From: a virus
Taxonomy: Duplodnaviria; Heunggongvirae; Uroviricota; Caudoviricetes
Reading direction: 5' to 3' (one strand)
Length of the DNA stretch: 64,000 nucleotides
Virus record (IMG/VR): IMGVR_UViG_3300025778_000009
Of this stretch, positions 27,656 to 36,587 are shown in pieces (the first letter of the stretch is position 1; each line of letters opens with the position of its first letter). A program made the translations under genes and the position numbers. A model generated the notes under the pieces. It did no database searches. It was given only the letters and a program-made list of their open reading frames with translations, and was not told the DNA's origin.

Positions 27656-29248
27656 ATGGTACAATTATTTGGATTTGAAATCAACCGCAAGGTTAAAGAA
27701 CCAATAGAATCATTTGCACCTCCTGTAAATGATGATGGCGCAGTAATTGTTGCAGCCGGTGGTGCATATGGCACCTATATTGATTTAGATGGTACTGCAC
27801 GTACTGAATCAGAACTAGTTTCCAAATATCGCGAAATTGCATTAGAAGCAGATATCGAAAGAGCTGTTGACGATATTGTCAATGAAGCCATTGATACTGA
27901 TGCAGAGAAAATTGTAGAAATTAATCTTGATAAAATTAAATATAGTGAAAATGTAAAAGAAAAAATTAGAGAAGAATTTGAAATTATAATTGAACTTCTT
28001 AATTTTCATAATGAAGCATATGATCTCTTTAAAAGATGGTATATTGATGGCAGAATGTATTTCCATGCTATCATAGACGAAAAAAACCCTAGAGAAGGTA
28101 TTAAAGAGCTTCGTTATATTGATCCTAGAAAAATTCGTAAGATAAGAGAAATTAAAAAGAAAACTAAAGGTGATACTACGGTTGCTTATGCTAATCGCGA
28201 GTATTATGTATATAATGAGCGTAATTTTTTACCTGCTGGTGGTAATGCAGGTCTTCCAATGGATGCAGGCGCTGTTAATGGCGTAAAAATTGCTGCAGAC
28301 TCTATTATTCATGTTACATCTGGTTTAATGGATAAAAACAACGCATTTGTTTATTCATACCTTCAAAAAGCTATTCGCCCTCTTAATCAATTACGTACAT
28401 TAGAAGATGCAACCGTTATTTACCGCATCTCACGTGCTCCAGAGCGTCGTATTTTTTATATTGATGTTGGCAATCTTCCTAAGATTAAAGCTGAACAATA
28501 TATGAGAGACATGATGACTAAACATAAGAATCGTTTAGTCTATGATGCTACTACCGGTGAAGTTCGTGATGATCGTAAATATATGACGATGCTAGAAGAT
28601 TATTGGTTGCCAAGAAGAGAAGGTAATCGTGGTACAGAAATTACTACTCTTCCAGCAGGTCAAAATTTAGGTGAGATGGCAGACGTTACATACTTTCAAC
28701 AGAAGTTATATCAATCTCTTAACGTTCCTGTATCGCGTCTTCAATCATCTTCTGAAGTATTCAGTTTAGGAAAAGCTACTGAAATTTCTAGAGATGAAGT
28801 AAAGTTTGTTAAGTTTGTAGGACGTCTGAGAAAAAGATTCTCTCATCTTTTAATGAAATCATTAGAAAAGCAATTAATTCTTAAAGGAATAGTATCTGAA
28901 AATGATTGGAATGAATTATCTAATCAAATTAATTTTGATTTTGCAATAGATAGTCATTTTGAAGAATTTAAAGATACAGAAATATTACAAAGTAGATTAG
29001 CTAATCTAACAGAAATACAGCCTTTTATTGGTAAGTATTTTTCTGAAGAATGGGTAAGAAAAAATATACTTCATCAAACAGATAAAGACATAGAAGATAT
29101 GATGGCTCAAATAGAAGCAGAGGTATCTAATCAGCCCGAGCCAGACGTAGAAACACAACCAGCTGAACAGCCTGCTAATGCTAATAACAACATTAAAATA
29201 CATGTAACAAGTTCAGCAGTACCAACTGTAGATGGTGCTGGTAGATAA
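27656..29248 (+). CDS. gp20: portal vertex protein
   Basis: FKRWYIDGRMYFHAIIDEKNPREGIKELRYIDPRKI and VIYRISRAPERRIFYIDVGNLP...LVYDATTGEV...MTMLEDYWLPRREG align closely with T4 gp20. Confidence 0.9.
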   Translation: MVQLFGFEINRKVKEPIESFAPPVNDDGAVIVAAGGAYGTYIDLDGTARTESELVSKYREIALEADIERAVDDIVNEAIDTDAEKIVEINLDKIKYSENVKEKIREEFEIIIELLNFHNEAYDLFKRWYIDGRMYFHAIIDEKNPREGIKELRYIDPRKIRKIREIKKKTKGDTTVAYANREYYVYNERNFLPAGGNAGLPMDAGAVNGVKIAADSIIHVTSGLMDKNNAFVYSYLQKAIRPLNQLRTLEDATVIYRISRAPERRIFYIDVGNLPKIKAEQYMRDMMTKHKNRLVYDATTGEVRDDRKYMTMLEDYWLPRREGNRGTEITTLPAGQNLGEMADVTYFQQKLYQSLNVPVSRLQSSSEVFSLGKATEISRDEVKFVKFVGRLRKRFSHLLMKSLEKQLILKGIVSENDWNELSNQINFDFAIDSHFEEFKDTEILQSRLANLTEIQPFIGKYFSEEWVRKNILHQTDKDIEDMMAQIEAEVSNQPEPDVETQPAEQPANANNNIKIHVTSSAVPTVDGAGR

Positions 29249-29259
29249 TTTAATAATTT

Positions 29260-29267
29260 TATAAATA
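29260..29267 (+). promoter_or_regulatory. T4-type late promoter motif TATAAATA
   Basis: Exact TATAAATA lies 13 nt upstream of the ATG at 29280. Confidence 0.4.
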
Positions 29268-29279
29268 TATTATAGATTT

Positions 29280-29561
29280 TTGGAGGTAATTATGGCGGAT
29301 ATAGAAGATCTTTTAGTTCATGCTTGGAATAAAGATGCGGTAAATCTTAAGCCTGCATTAGATGATATTATGACAGCAAAAGTAGCAGAAAGAATGGATG
29401 ATACATTCATGGATGTTGCTGCTTCAATTTATGGTAGTACTGATGGTGATCCTAATAATGAACCTCTAGACGGCGATTCAGATTTAGATACACAAGATAA
29501 CACAGATAACGAAGGAACCCCAGAAGATGCCGATGAATTTGAAGCAAATAATCAAGAGTAA
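29280..29561 (+). CDS. small highly acidic protein, probably a prohead core protein (the T4 gp67/gp68 position)
   Basis: 93-aa ORF with an Asp/Glu-rich C-terminus DGDPNNEPLDGDSDLDTQDNTDNEGTPEDADEFE, sitting between the portal and protease genes. Confidence 0.5.
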   Translation: MEVIMADIEDLLVHAWNKDAVNLKPALDDIMTAKVAERMDDTFMDVAASIYGSTDGDPNNEPLDGDSDLDTQDNTDNEGTPEDADEFEANNQE

Positions 29562-31443
29562 GTTGTTTGAAGTAGAACAACCACAATCTCAGGGTGAGAA
29601 AAATTTCAAAGCCCTTCACAAGGCAGTTGACCATAAGAACTTGGTTCCTGGGGTTACTGATCAAGACCATGTTTTTAACGGTTCAACAAAACCATATGAC
29701 AACAAATATCTTAACTCATATAAGCCAGGCGAAGATCGTACTGCTTATGATAAGACATTAAAGTTAGACGATAAAGAAACAAATAATGGTTATGAAACTG
29801 CTAATGTAAAAGAAGCAATGGGTTCTATGATCGATAAAACACATAAAGATAGTCAACATAAAGCATCTTTTGGTTCATCAAACATTTCAGATATGATGAG
29901 AAAAGAAAAACAAAGAAAAGCTGCTGCAGAAGGCAAAAGAAATTCTTCTTTATCATCTAGAGCATCTTCAAATAGACAAGTACATTCTGAAGAAGTAGAA
30001 ACTACAGATGAAAATTATTTTAGATCAAATAATCAAACATCATTTCATAAAAGAGAAAAGATGTATAAATTAGCTTCTAACAAGCCATTTCATAGTGATA
30101 TGCAAACACATATTATACATGTTCATGCTTCTAAAGATGGCGGACCTGTAGAAGTTCATAAAGAAAAAATTCAAGCAAAAGATAAACATAAAGCAATGAC
30201 TGATGCTCAATTTAAATATTCACCTAAAAAAGGCTATAAAATTAGTGATACAAAATATAAAGGTGTAATGAAAGAAGAAATTGAGCTTCTTGACGAAGCC
30301 GCTTGGACTGAAAAGAATTTGCCTGCTGGTAATTATAATCAAGGCGGTCATACTGAAAAAGGCGACCTTCATCATATTGAAGTACATCCAGAAGTACTTA
30401 AGAAGCATGGCATTTCACATCAAGTATCACATGCCGGTGAATATGGACAGACTCATCATTTTGAGCATCCATCACATGGTAAGGTAGCAGTGTATCAATC
30501 AGATTTAAATAAAAAGACAGGCAACCCAATTATGTCAGTTAGAACTTATGGCCCACAAGGTGCTAAGCCAGTCGCTCATAAATTTGCTAAAAAATTATCT
30601 GGAAATATGATGCATTCTTATAGTGAATCAGTAAATGAAGATTATGATGATACACCAGAAGAAGTATCAATGGTAAGAACTGAACTTAGAGCAATTATTA
30701 ATGATGCACAAAGTCTTTTAGATAATATGCCATCAAACATGCACATTGAACCATGGGTACAATCTAAAATTGCAGTAGCAAAGTCTATGGTTTGTGGTGT
30801 ACATGACTATATGTTATATTCTGATGATGCAGGTGTGCCTTCTGATCAAAGAGTTGCTCCTATGCCTTCTATGTCTAATCCTTTTATGTCTAGTGAAGAA
30901 ACTACTCCTTCACAAAAGAAAAAAATGATGAAAGATGTGCCAGTAGCTGGAACTATGAGTCCTTCAGAAGGTGCTTCAGTTATTACTAAAGAAGAAACAG
31001 ATGTAGTAGATGAAAAACTTTCAGATGAGAAATTAAAGAAGTTTGCTAAACTAGCTCCTCCTTATGATAAAATTACACATGCTGATAAAATTGTAGCAGT
31101 AAAGAAAAAAGAAGCTGGACAAAAAATTCTTCCAGAAGCTTCTATGCTAGGTAAAGAATGTTCTGAATGTAATGATGGTCATTATAAAGAAGAAAAAGGT
31201 AAAATGGTTTGCGATGAATGCGGTCATATGGCTAAAAATGAAATGAAAGAAGCTTCTGTTATTAAGAGTCATGCTATGAATATGGCTAAACAGGCTCTTC
31301 ATAAATTAAAGCCAAAAATGAAGTACACTATGCATACTAAAATGAAAACACCAAAAGAACATATTAAGATGGATGAAAGTATTCTTTCTGATGAAGAAAA
31401 AGCTCGTCTTGATTCTATCATGAATACAGAAATGGGAGAATAA
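29527..31443 (+). CDS. large Lys/His/Glu-rich internal head (prohead core) protein with a C-terminal CxxC...CxxC zinc ribbon
   Basis: 638-aa ORF in the head-assembly module. His-rich tracts include HIIHVHASKDGGPVEVHKEK and HHIEVHPEVLKKHGISHQVSHAGEYGQTHHFEHPSHGK. The C-terminus carries CSECNDGHYKEEKGKMVCDECGH. Confidence 0.55.
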   Translation: MPMNLKQIIKSKLFEVEQPQSQGEKNFKALHKAVDHKNLVPGVTDQDHVFNGSTKPYDNKYLNSYKPGEDRTAYDKTLKLDDKETNNGYETANVKEAMGSMIDKTHKDSQHKASFGSSNISDMMRKEKQRKAAAEGKRNSSLSSRASSNRQVHSEEVETTDENYFRSNNQTSFHKREKMYKLASNKPFHSDMQTHIIHVHASKDGGPVEVHKEKIQAKDKHKAMTDAQFKYSPKKGYKISDTKYKGVMKEEIELLDEAAWTEKNLPAGNYNQGGHTEKGDLHHIEVHPEVLKKHGISHQVSHAGEYGQTHHFEHPSHGKVAVYQSDLNKKTGNPIMSVRTYGPQGAKPVAHKFAKKLSGNMMHSYSESVNEDYDDTPEEVSMVRTELRAIINDAQSLLDNMPSNMHIEPWVQSKIAVAKSMVCGVHDYMLYSDDAGVPSDQRVAPMPSMSNPFMSSEETTPSQKKKMMKDVPVAGTMSPSEGASVITKEETDVVDEKLSDEKLKKFAKLAPPYDKITHADKIVAVKKKEAGQKILPEASMLGKECSECNDGHYKEEKGKMVCDECGHMAKNEMKEASVIKSHAMNMAKQALHKLKPKMKYTMHTKMKTPKEHIKMDESILSDEEKARLDSIMNTEMGE

Positions 31444-31444
31444 G

Positions 31445-32491
31445 ATGGAACACAAATATCTTAATACCATTAAAGCAATTAAAGCTAAACGTAAAGAAAT
31501 GCAAAAAGAAGAAGTAGAGACTAATGAAGGTATTGTAAAAGGTACTGCTTCATTAGTTAAGCATGCTGTTGGTGTACCGGTTAAAACAGCCGGTAGAGTT
31601 GCAATGGGCGCAGTAAATGCAGTTCATTCAGTAGCTAGTGGCGTTAAAAATACAGTAAAAGATGTAAAAGATGCATCTAAAAAAGTAAAAGCTGCATATT
31701 CTGAAGAAGTAGATCTTACTGAAGTATTAAAAGCATCTGATCCTGTTGGTAAGTGGATTGACGATTTTGTTCAATCTGATAATCCTAAGTTTAAAGATAA
31801 AACTAAAGAAGAACGTCGTAAGATGGCTTTAGGGGCTTACTATGCAGCTCAAAAAGAATCTTACGAAAATTCAACCGAAGAATTAGCAGAAGGTCGTGGA
31901 CGTCCTCCTAAAGAAGGTTCTAAAGCATGGCATGCTGCACAAACTAAATCTTCTGCAGGAGAAAGCTCCGATCAAGAAGCAGATAAGAACATTGTTAACC
32001 AAATGAGAAAGAAACCTGTAGGTGACACTCATCATCTAATATTTGGTAATGGTGAAAAGAAAAACGTGCATGTAAAGCATGTCAATAAAGCACTTTCTAT
32101 GTTAGCTAATACTCCAAAACCTGCTGATAGAGAAAAACTTCAATCAAGTCTAAGTCATTCTCATAAGAGATTTATGGATACTGTTACATCTGGTAAAGCA
32201 GTAGAAGATTCAGCTCGCCCTAAAGTATCACTTGGCAAGATGAAAGCTGAAGCTGTAGAAATGTCAGATACAGGTCCAGAAAAAGCTTATATTGAGAATG
32301 GTAAATTGGTAGTAAGAAAAAAAGCAAGAAAAGATATAAAAATTGAAAATCTTGACCTAGAAATTGAAAATTCACTAAATAATTTATACTTAAATTTATC
32401 AGAAAACAATCAAGAATTGTTTTTAGATCTAATTTCTTCTGAAGATGGATTATTAGATTTAATTAATTTTGCTAAGGATCAAGGATTTTAA
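31445..32491 (+). CDS. Lys-rich internal head protein with an AT-hook-like motif
   Basis: Contains the AT-hook-like core GRGRPPKEGSK. The composition is highly basic, and the start overlaps the previous stop. Confidence 0.5.
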   Translation: MEHKYLNTIKAIKAKRKEMQKEEVETNEGIVKGTASLVKHAVGVPVKTAGRVAMGAVNAVHSVASGVKNTVKDVKDASKKVKAAYSEEVDLTEVLKASDPVGKWIDDFVQSDNPKFKDKTKEERRKMALGAYYAAQKESYENSTEELAEGRGRPPKEGSKAWHAAQTKSSAGESSDQEADKNIVNQMRKKPVGDTHHLIFGNGEKKNVHVKHVNKALSMLANTPKPADREKLQSSLSHSHKRFMDTVTSGKAVEDSARPKVSLGKMKAEAVEMSDTGPEKAYIENGKLVVRKKARKDIKIENLDLEIENSLNNLYLNLSENNQELFLDLISSEDGLLDLINFAKDQGF

Positions 32492-32492
32492 T

Positions 32493-32753
32493 ATGAGTAC
32501 TGTAATAAAGCCATTGGCAAATACTATCAATATTGATTCAACAGCCAATAATATGAATGGAGCAACTTTGTTGAAAGTTGTTAATTCATCTACAACTACA
32601 TATGCAACTTTAGTATTTAAATATGCTAATGGTACTCAATACGCAGATTTGCCAATGGCACCTCTAGAAAGTGTGATTGTACAAAAGGCAAATACTGATT
32701 TAGTTATTGGAAACAGTATGTATGCCTGCGCAATTGCTTGGCCAAAAGGATAA
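32493..32753 (+). CDS. small hypothetical head-module protein
   Basis: An ATG at 32493 lies directly after the upstream TAA. The tracked ORF 32469..32753 uses an earlier in-frame start. Confidence 0.35.
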   Translation: MSTVIKPLANTINIDSTANNMNGATLLKVVNSSTTTYATLVFKYANGTQYADLPMAPLESVIVQKANTDLVIGNSMYACAIAWPKG

Positions 32754-33436
32754 TACAAATGAAACTTATTACTGAAGTAAATGAAGAATTAAAATACATT
32801 GCTGAAGATAGCGCTGAAGGTAAAAAGAACCTTTATATTGAAGGTATATTCCTTCAAGGAGGTCTTGTAAACCGTAATGGCAGAATGTATGATCCTGAAA
32901 TTCTTGAAAAAGAAGTCAATCGCTATCATAAAGAAAATATTGATGCAGGGCGTGCTTATGGTGAACTAGGTCATCCATCAGGTCCATCTATCAATTTAGA
33001 GCGCGTTTGTATGATGATTAAGTCTCTTAGAAGAGAAGGTAATAACTTCATTGGTAAAGCTAAGATTATGGATACACCATATGGACAGATTGTAAAAAAC
33101 CTTATGTCAGAAGGTGCCAGACTAGGTGTTTCTTCTCGTGGTATGGGCTCTTTAAAAGAAGTAAATGGTGTAAATGTAGTTCAAGATGATTTTTATCTTG
33201 CTACAGCTGCAGACATTGTTGCTGATCCTTCCGCTCCAGACGCTTACGTTAATGGTGTTATGGAAGGCGTTGAGTGGGTTTGGAACAATGGTGTATTAAA
33301 GGCTGCTGCTCCTCAAAAAGCAGAAGAGCTTGTACAGGTTGCAGAAGTTCATAAAGAAGTAATTAAGAAAGCATCTAAATCTGAATTAGCTGAAGCTAAG
33401 ATTAGAGTTTTCCAACATTTTCTTTCAAAATTATAA
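32738..33436 (+). CDS. gp21: prohead core protease
   Basis: FLQGGLVNRNGRMYDPEILEKEV...GELGHPSGPSINLERVCMMIK...GVSSRGMGSL matches the T4 gp21 motifs IQGGVINANGRMYP, GELDHPS and GVSLRGLGSV. Confidence 0.85.
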   Translation: MAKRIIQMKLITEVNEELKYIAEDSAEGKKNLYIEGIFLQGGLVNRNGRMYDPEILEKEVNRYHKENIDAGRAYGELGHPSGPSINLERVCMMIKSLRREGNNFIGKAKIMDTPYGQIVKNLMSEGARLGVSSRGMGSLKEVNGVNVVQDDFYLATAADIVADPSAPDAYVNGVMEGVEWVWNNGVLKAAAPQKAEELVQVAEVHKEVIKKASKSELAEAKIRVFQHFLSKL

Positions 33437-33472
33437 TTTGCATAAATAGTTCATATAACACAGGAGATTCTA

Positions 33473-34555
33473 ATGGATAATGTAAATAATCAAGTAGATG
33501 TAAATGAAGCAGATGCTGCTTCAAATATGTCCACAATTCAAGCAAAGCCAACTGAAGTGTCACGTTCAGAGCTTATGGCAAAGATGGTAGACTATGCTGC
33601 AAAAGCAAGCAAAGAAGATCTTGCTGCCTTTATTGCTAGCATTGGCGGTGAGCCAGCTGAAAACGATCATGTACCTACTAATGATGAAATTGCTAACAAC
33701 AATAAAGGTGCAGAAAACGGTGCTGGTGATAATTCTGCTAAGAATATGGCATCAATTAAATCATCTGGTAAGCATGCAGATCCAATGCCATCAATCAAAG
33801 AAGATCTAGAAATGATTTTCGGAGATTCAGATGACCTTTCTGAAGATTTTAGAGTTAAAGTTTCTACACTATTTGAAGCAGCAGTTTCAACTAGAGTAAA
33901 CTTAGAAGTTGCTAAGATTGAAGAAAATTATGAGACACTTCAAAACAATCTATCAGAGCAATATGAACAAGCTCTTGAAGAGTCTGTAACCGAAATTAAG
34001 AATGAAATGGTAGAAAATATTGATAACTACCTAAATTATGCTGTTGCTGAATGGATGACAGAAAACAAACTAGCTATTACTAATAATATTCGCACTGAGA
34101 TGGCAGAATCATTTATTGCTAGTTTGAAGAATGTATTTGAAGATCATTATGTAAATATTCCTGAAGATAAGGTTGATGTTGTAGAAGCATTAACTTCTGA
34201 ACTAGAAGAAATTAAAGCTCGTTTGAATGAAACAACTGAAAAGAATATTGAATTATCAAAGGTTGTTAATGAAAAGAACGTAGCAGAAATTGCTAGTTCA
34301 ATGGCAGAAGGAATGACAGATACTCAGAAAGACAAGTTCTTTAAGCTTACTGAGGCTGTTAGCTATAATGATGCTGATGAATTTCGCAAAAAGATTGCTA
34401 TCATTAAAGAAACATATTTCCCAAAGGCTCAGGAAGTAAGAGTTGCTCAGGATCAGCTTCTTAGCGAAACTGTTGAAGAGCCTGTAAAGGAGCCTTCACT
34501 TGATCCTAATATGCAAAGCTATGTTTCTTCAATCTCAAGAACTCTTAAAAGATAA
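33473..34555 (+). CDS. gp22: prohead scaffolding core protein
   Basis: Acidic, coiled-coil-rich 360-aa protein between the protease and the major capsid protein. Confidence 0.7.
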   Translation: MDNVNNQVDVNEADAASNMSTIQAKPTEVSRSELMAKMVDYAAKASKEDLAAFIASIGGEPAENDHVPTNDEIANNNKGAENGAGDNSAKNMASIKSSGKHADPMPSIKEDLEMIFGDSDDLSEDFRVKVSTLFEAAVSTRVNLEVAKIEENYETLQNNLSEQYEQALEESVTEIKNEMVENIDNYLNYAVAEWMTENKLAITNNIRTEMAESFIASLKNVFEDHYVNIPEDKVDVVEALTSELEEIKARLNETTEKNIELSKVVNEKNVAEIASSMAEGMTDTQKDKFFKLTEAVSYNDADEFRKKIAIIKETYFPKAQEVRVAQDQLLSETVEEPVKEPSLDPNMQSYVSSISRTLKR

Positions 34556-34599
34556 AATTTAATAAATAAGTTAATAAACACTCTAAAGGAGAAAGACAA

Positions 34600-35982
34600 A
34601 TGAACGGTTTAAATGAAGAATTAGTTGCAAAGTGGAAGCCAGTGCTTGAGCACTCAGATCTTCCAAGAATTGCTGACGCCCACAAGCGTTCAGTAATTGC
34701 TACACTTCTAGAAAATACTGAAAAGGAAATGCGTTCTGAAGCAATGGCACGTGGTTCTTATAACGGTATTACATCTCTTAACGAAACTGGTATCAATGCT
34801 GTTGGTACTGGCGGTTATGGTTCAGCTGGCGGCTCAGGCGTTGCTGGTTACGATCCAATCCTTATCTCATTGATTCGTCGTGCAATGCCTAATCTTATTG
34901 CTTATGACGTTTGCGGTGTTCAACCAATGACTGGTCCAACTGGACTTATCTTTGCTATGCGTTCACAATATGCAAACTCAACTGCAAAAGGTTCAGAAAC
35001 ATTCTATGACGAAGTTAACACTGGTATGTCATCTGGCTTCAATGGCACTGGCGTATTTGGTCAAGGTACTGGTTCAGGCATTGGTGCTAACAACGTTGGT
35101 TCAACACCTGACAACACTGGCGGTGTTGGTTCATACAACTATCAAGCTGGTGCTCCTACATCAACAGCAGAAGCTTTTGGTACAGGTACTACATTCCCAG
35201 AAATGGCCTTCTCAATTGATAAGGTTTCTGTAACTGCAGTATCACGTGCTCTAAAGGCAGAATACACTATTGAATTGGCACAAGATCTAAAGGCTATCCA
35301 TGGATTGGATGCTGAGACTGAATTGTCAAACATTCTTCAGTCTGAAATTCTTGCTGAAATCAATCGTGAAGTTATTCGTGCTATTAACATTACTGCACGT
35401 CAAGGTGCTACAGACGGTACTACACAAGCTGGTATCTTCGATCTTGATACTGATTCAAACGGCCGCTGGTCAGTTGAAAAGTTCAAGGGTCTTATGTTCC
35501 AACTTGAAAGAGAAGCTAACAAGATCTCAAAAGACACACGTCGTGGTAAGGGTAACCTAGTTATCTGCTCTTCAGATGTTGCATCTGCTCTTCAGATGGC
35601 TGGCGTACTTGACTATACACCTGCTCTTGCTTCTAACAACCTACAAGTTGATGATACTGGCAATACATTCGCTGGTGTTCTAAACGGACGCTTCAGAGTA
35701 TATGTTGATCCATATACAACTGGTAACTATATGACTGTTGGCTATAAGGGTGCTAATGCATTCGATGCAGGTATCTTCTATTGCCCATACGTTCCACTAC
35801 AAATGGTTCGTGCAGTTGGTCAAGCAGACTTCCAACCAAAGATTGGATTTAAGACTCGTTATGGAATGGTAGCAAATCCATTTGCTCGTTCACAACAAGG
35901 TTCACCAAATCTTTCAGACGGTACACTATCTGCTTCTACTAACAGCTACTATCGTAGAACAATCATCCAAAACATCTTCTAA
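34600..35982 (+). CDS. gp23: major capsid protein
   Basis: The N-terminus LVAKWKPVLEHSDLPRIADAHKRSVIATLLENTEKEM is gp23-like. The 460-aa length is typical of cyanophage-type gp23. It follows gp22, and strong RBS and promoter-like sequence lie upstream. Confidence 0.85.
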   Translation: MNGLNEELVAKWKPVLEHSDLPRIADAHKRSVIATLLENTEKEMRSEAMARGSYNGITSLNETGINAVGTGGYGSAGGSGVAGYDPILISLIRRAMPNLIAYDVCGVQPMTGPTGLIFAMRSQYANSTAKGSETFYDEVNTGMSSGFNGTGVFGQGTGSGIGANNVGSTPDNTGGVGSYNYQAGAPTSTAEAFGTGTTFPEMAFSIDKVSVTAVSRALKAEYTIELAQDLKAIHGLDAETELSNILQSEILAEINREVIRAINITARQGATDGTTQAGIFDLDTDSNGRWSVEKFKGLMFQLEREANKISKDTRRGKGNLVICSSDVASALQMAGVLDYTPALASNNLQVDDTGNTFAGVLNGRFRVYVDPYTTGNYMTVGYKGANAFDAGIFYCPYVPLQMVRAVGQADFQPKIGFKTRYGMVANPFARSQQGSPNLSDGTLSASTNSYYRRTIIQNIF

Positions 35983-36010
35983 TAGAAGAACCGGGTTAAC
36001 CGGTCGAACT

Positions 36011-36040
36011 AAAAAAGGCCCCGAAAGGGGCCTTTTTCTT
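36011..36040. terminator. bidirectional rho-independent terminator between the convergent gp23 and minus-strand genes
   Basis: aaaaaaGGCCCCgaaaGGGGCCtttttc: a GC-rich 6-bp stem flanked by an A-tract and a T-tract. Confidence 0.8.
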
Positions 36041-36048
36041 TATTTAAA

Positions 36049-36300
36049 TTATTTTTTATAAAGCCAAGTATTAAATATATCTGCCATTTGACATACTTGT
36101 TCACTTGTCATAATAACGCCGTTCACCTCATTGCCTGGTGATGCTACAAGTTCATTAATATGCTTACACCATTCAATAGACTTATCTAAAGCCCATTGAC
36201 GATTCCAAATACGATCTGCTTTCTCGCGACGAGCAATACTTTCTGGTGTTTCTTTTGGAACTTCAAATTCTTCATTCATTCTGTTACTACCTTTCTCCAT
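36049..36300 (-). CDS. hypothetical protein
   Basis: 83-aa ORF that overlaps the upstream minus-strand gene. Confidence 0.4.
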   Translation of the reverse strand: MEKGSNRMNEEFEVPKETPESIARREKADRIWNRQWALDKSIEWCKHINELVASPGNEVNGVIMTSEQVCQMADIFNTWLYKK

Positions 36301-36587
36301 TGACCATCTTTACGTTTTAACCAAAGATCGCCATCATCACCTACTGCCATTGTTACTGCTTTATTAGGATCTGGTTGATGCATTCTCACTAATGATATTT
36401 TATATTGATCAGGATTATCAAATTGTGTCTTCTTCATTTCTGTAGTATCAACTTTAGATGCACCATTAAGAGTTATACTAAAAGCAGTATCTAAAGGTAC
36501 ACCATCTGCTGTTGCTGCTCTTGCTCCTTCAGCAACCAAAGCAAGAGGAGCTACAGGTAGGAATGCAAAGAAACTACGACGATTCAT
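36276..36587 (-). CDS. small secreted protein with a twin-arginine (Tat)-type signal peptide
   Basis: MNRRSFFAFLPVAPLALVAEGARAATA contains an RRxFF motif, a hydrophobic h-region and an AxA cleavage site. Local GC is higher than the surroundings. Confidence 0.5.
   Translation of the reverse strand: MNRRSFFAFLPVAPLALVAEGARAATADGVPLDTAFSITLNGASKVDTTEMKKTQFDNPDQYKISLVRMHQPDPNKAVTMAVGDDGDLWLKRKDGQWRKVVTE

Noticed and set aside
33594-33809. 71-aa ORF inside the scaffold gene as a possible internally initiated product.
   Set aside because: It is in a different frame from gp22, with Leu/Lys-rich shadow composition and no RBS.
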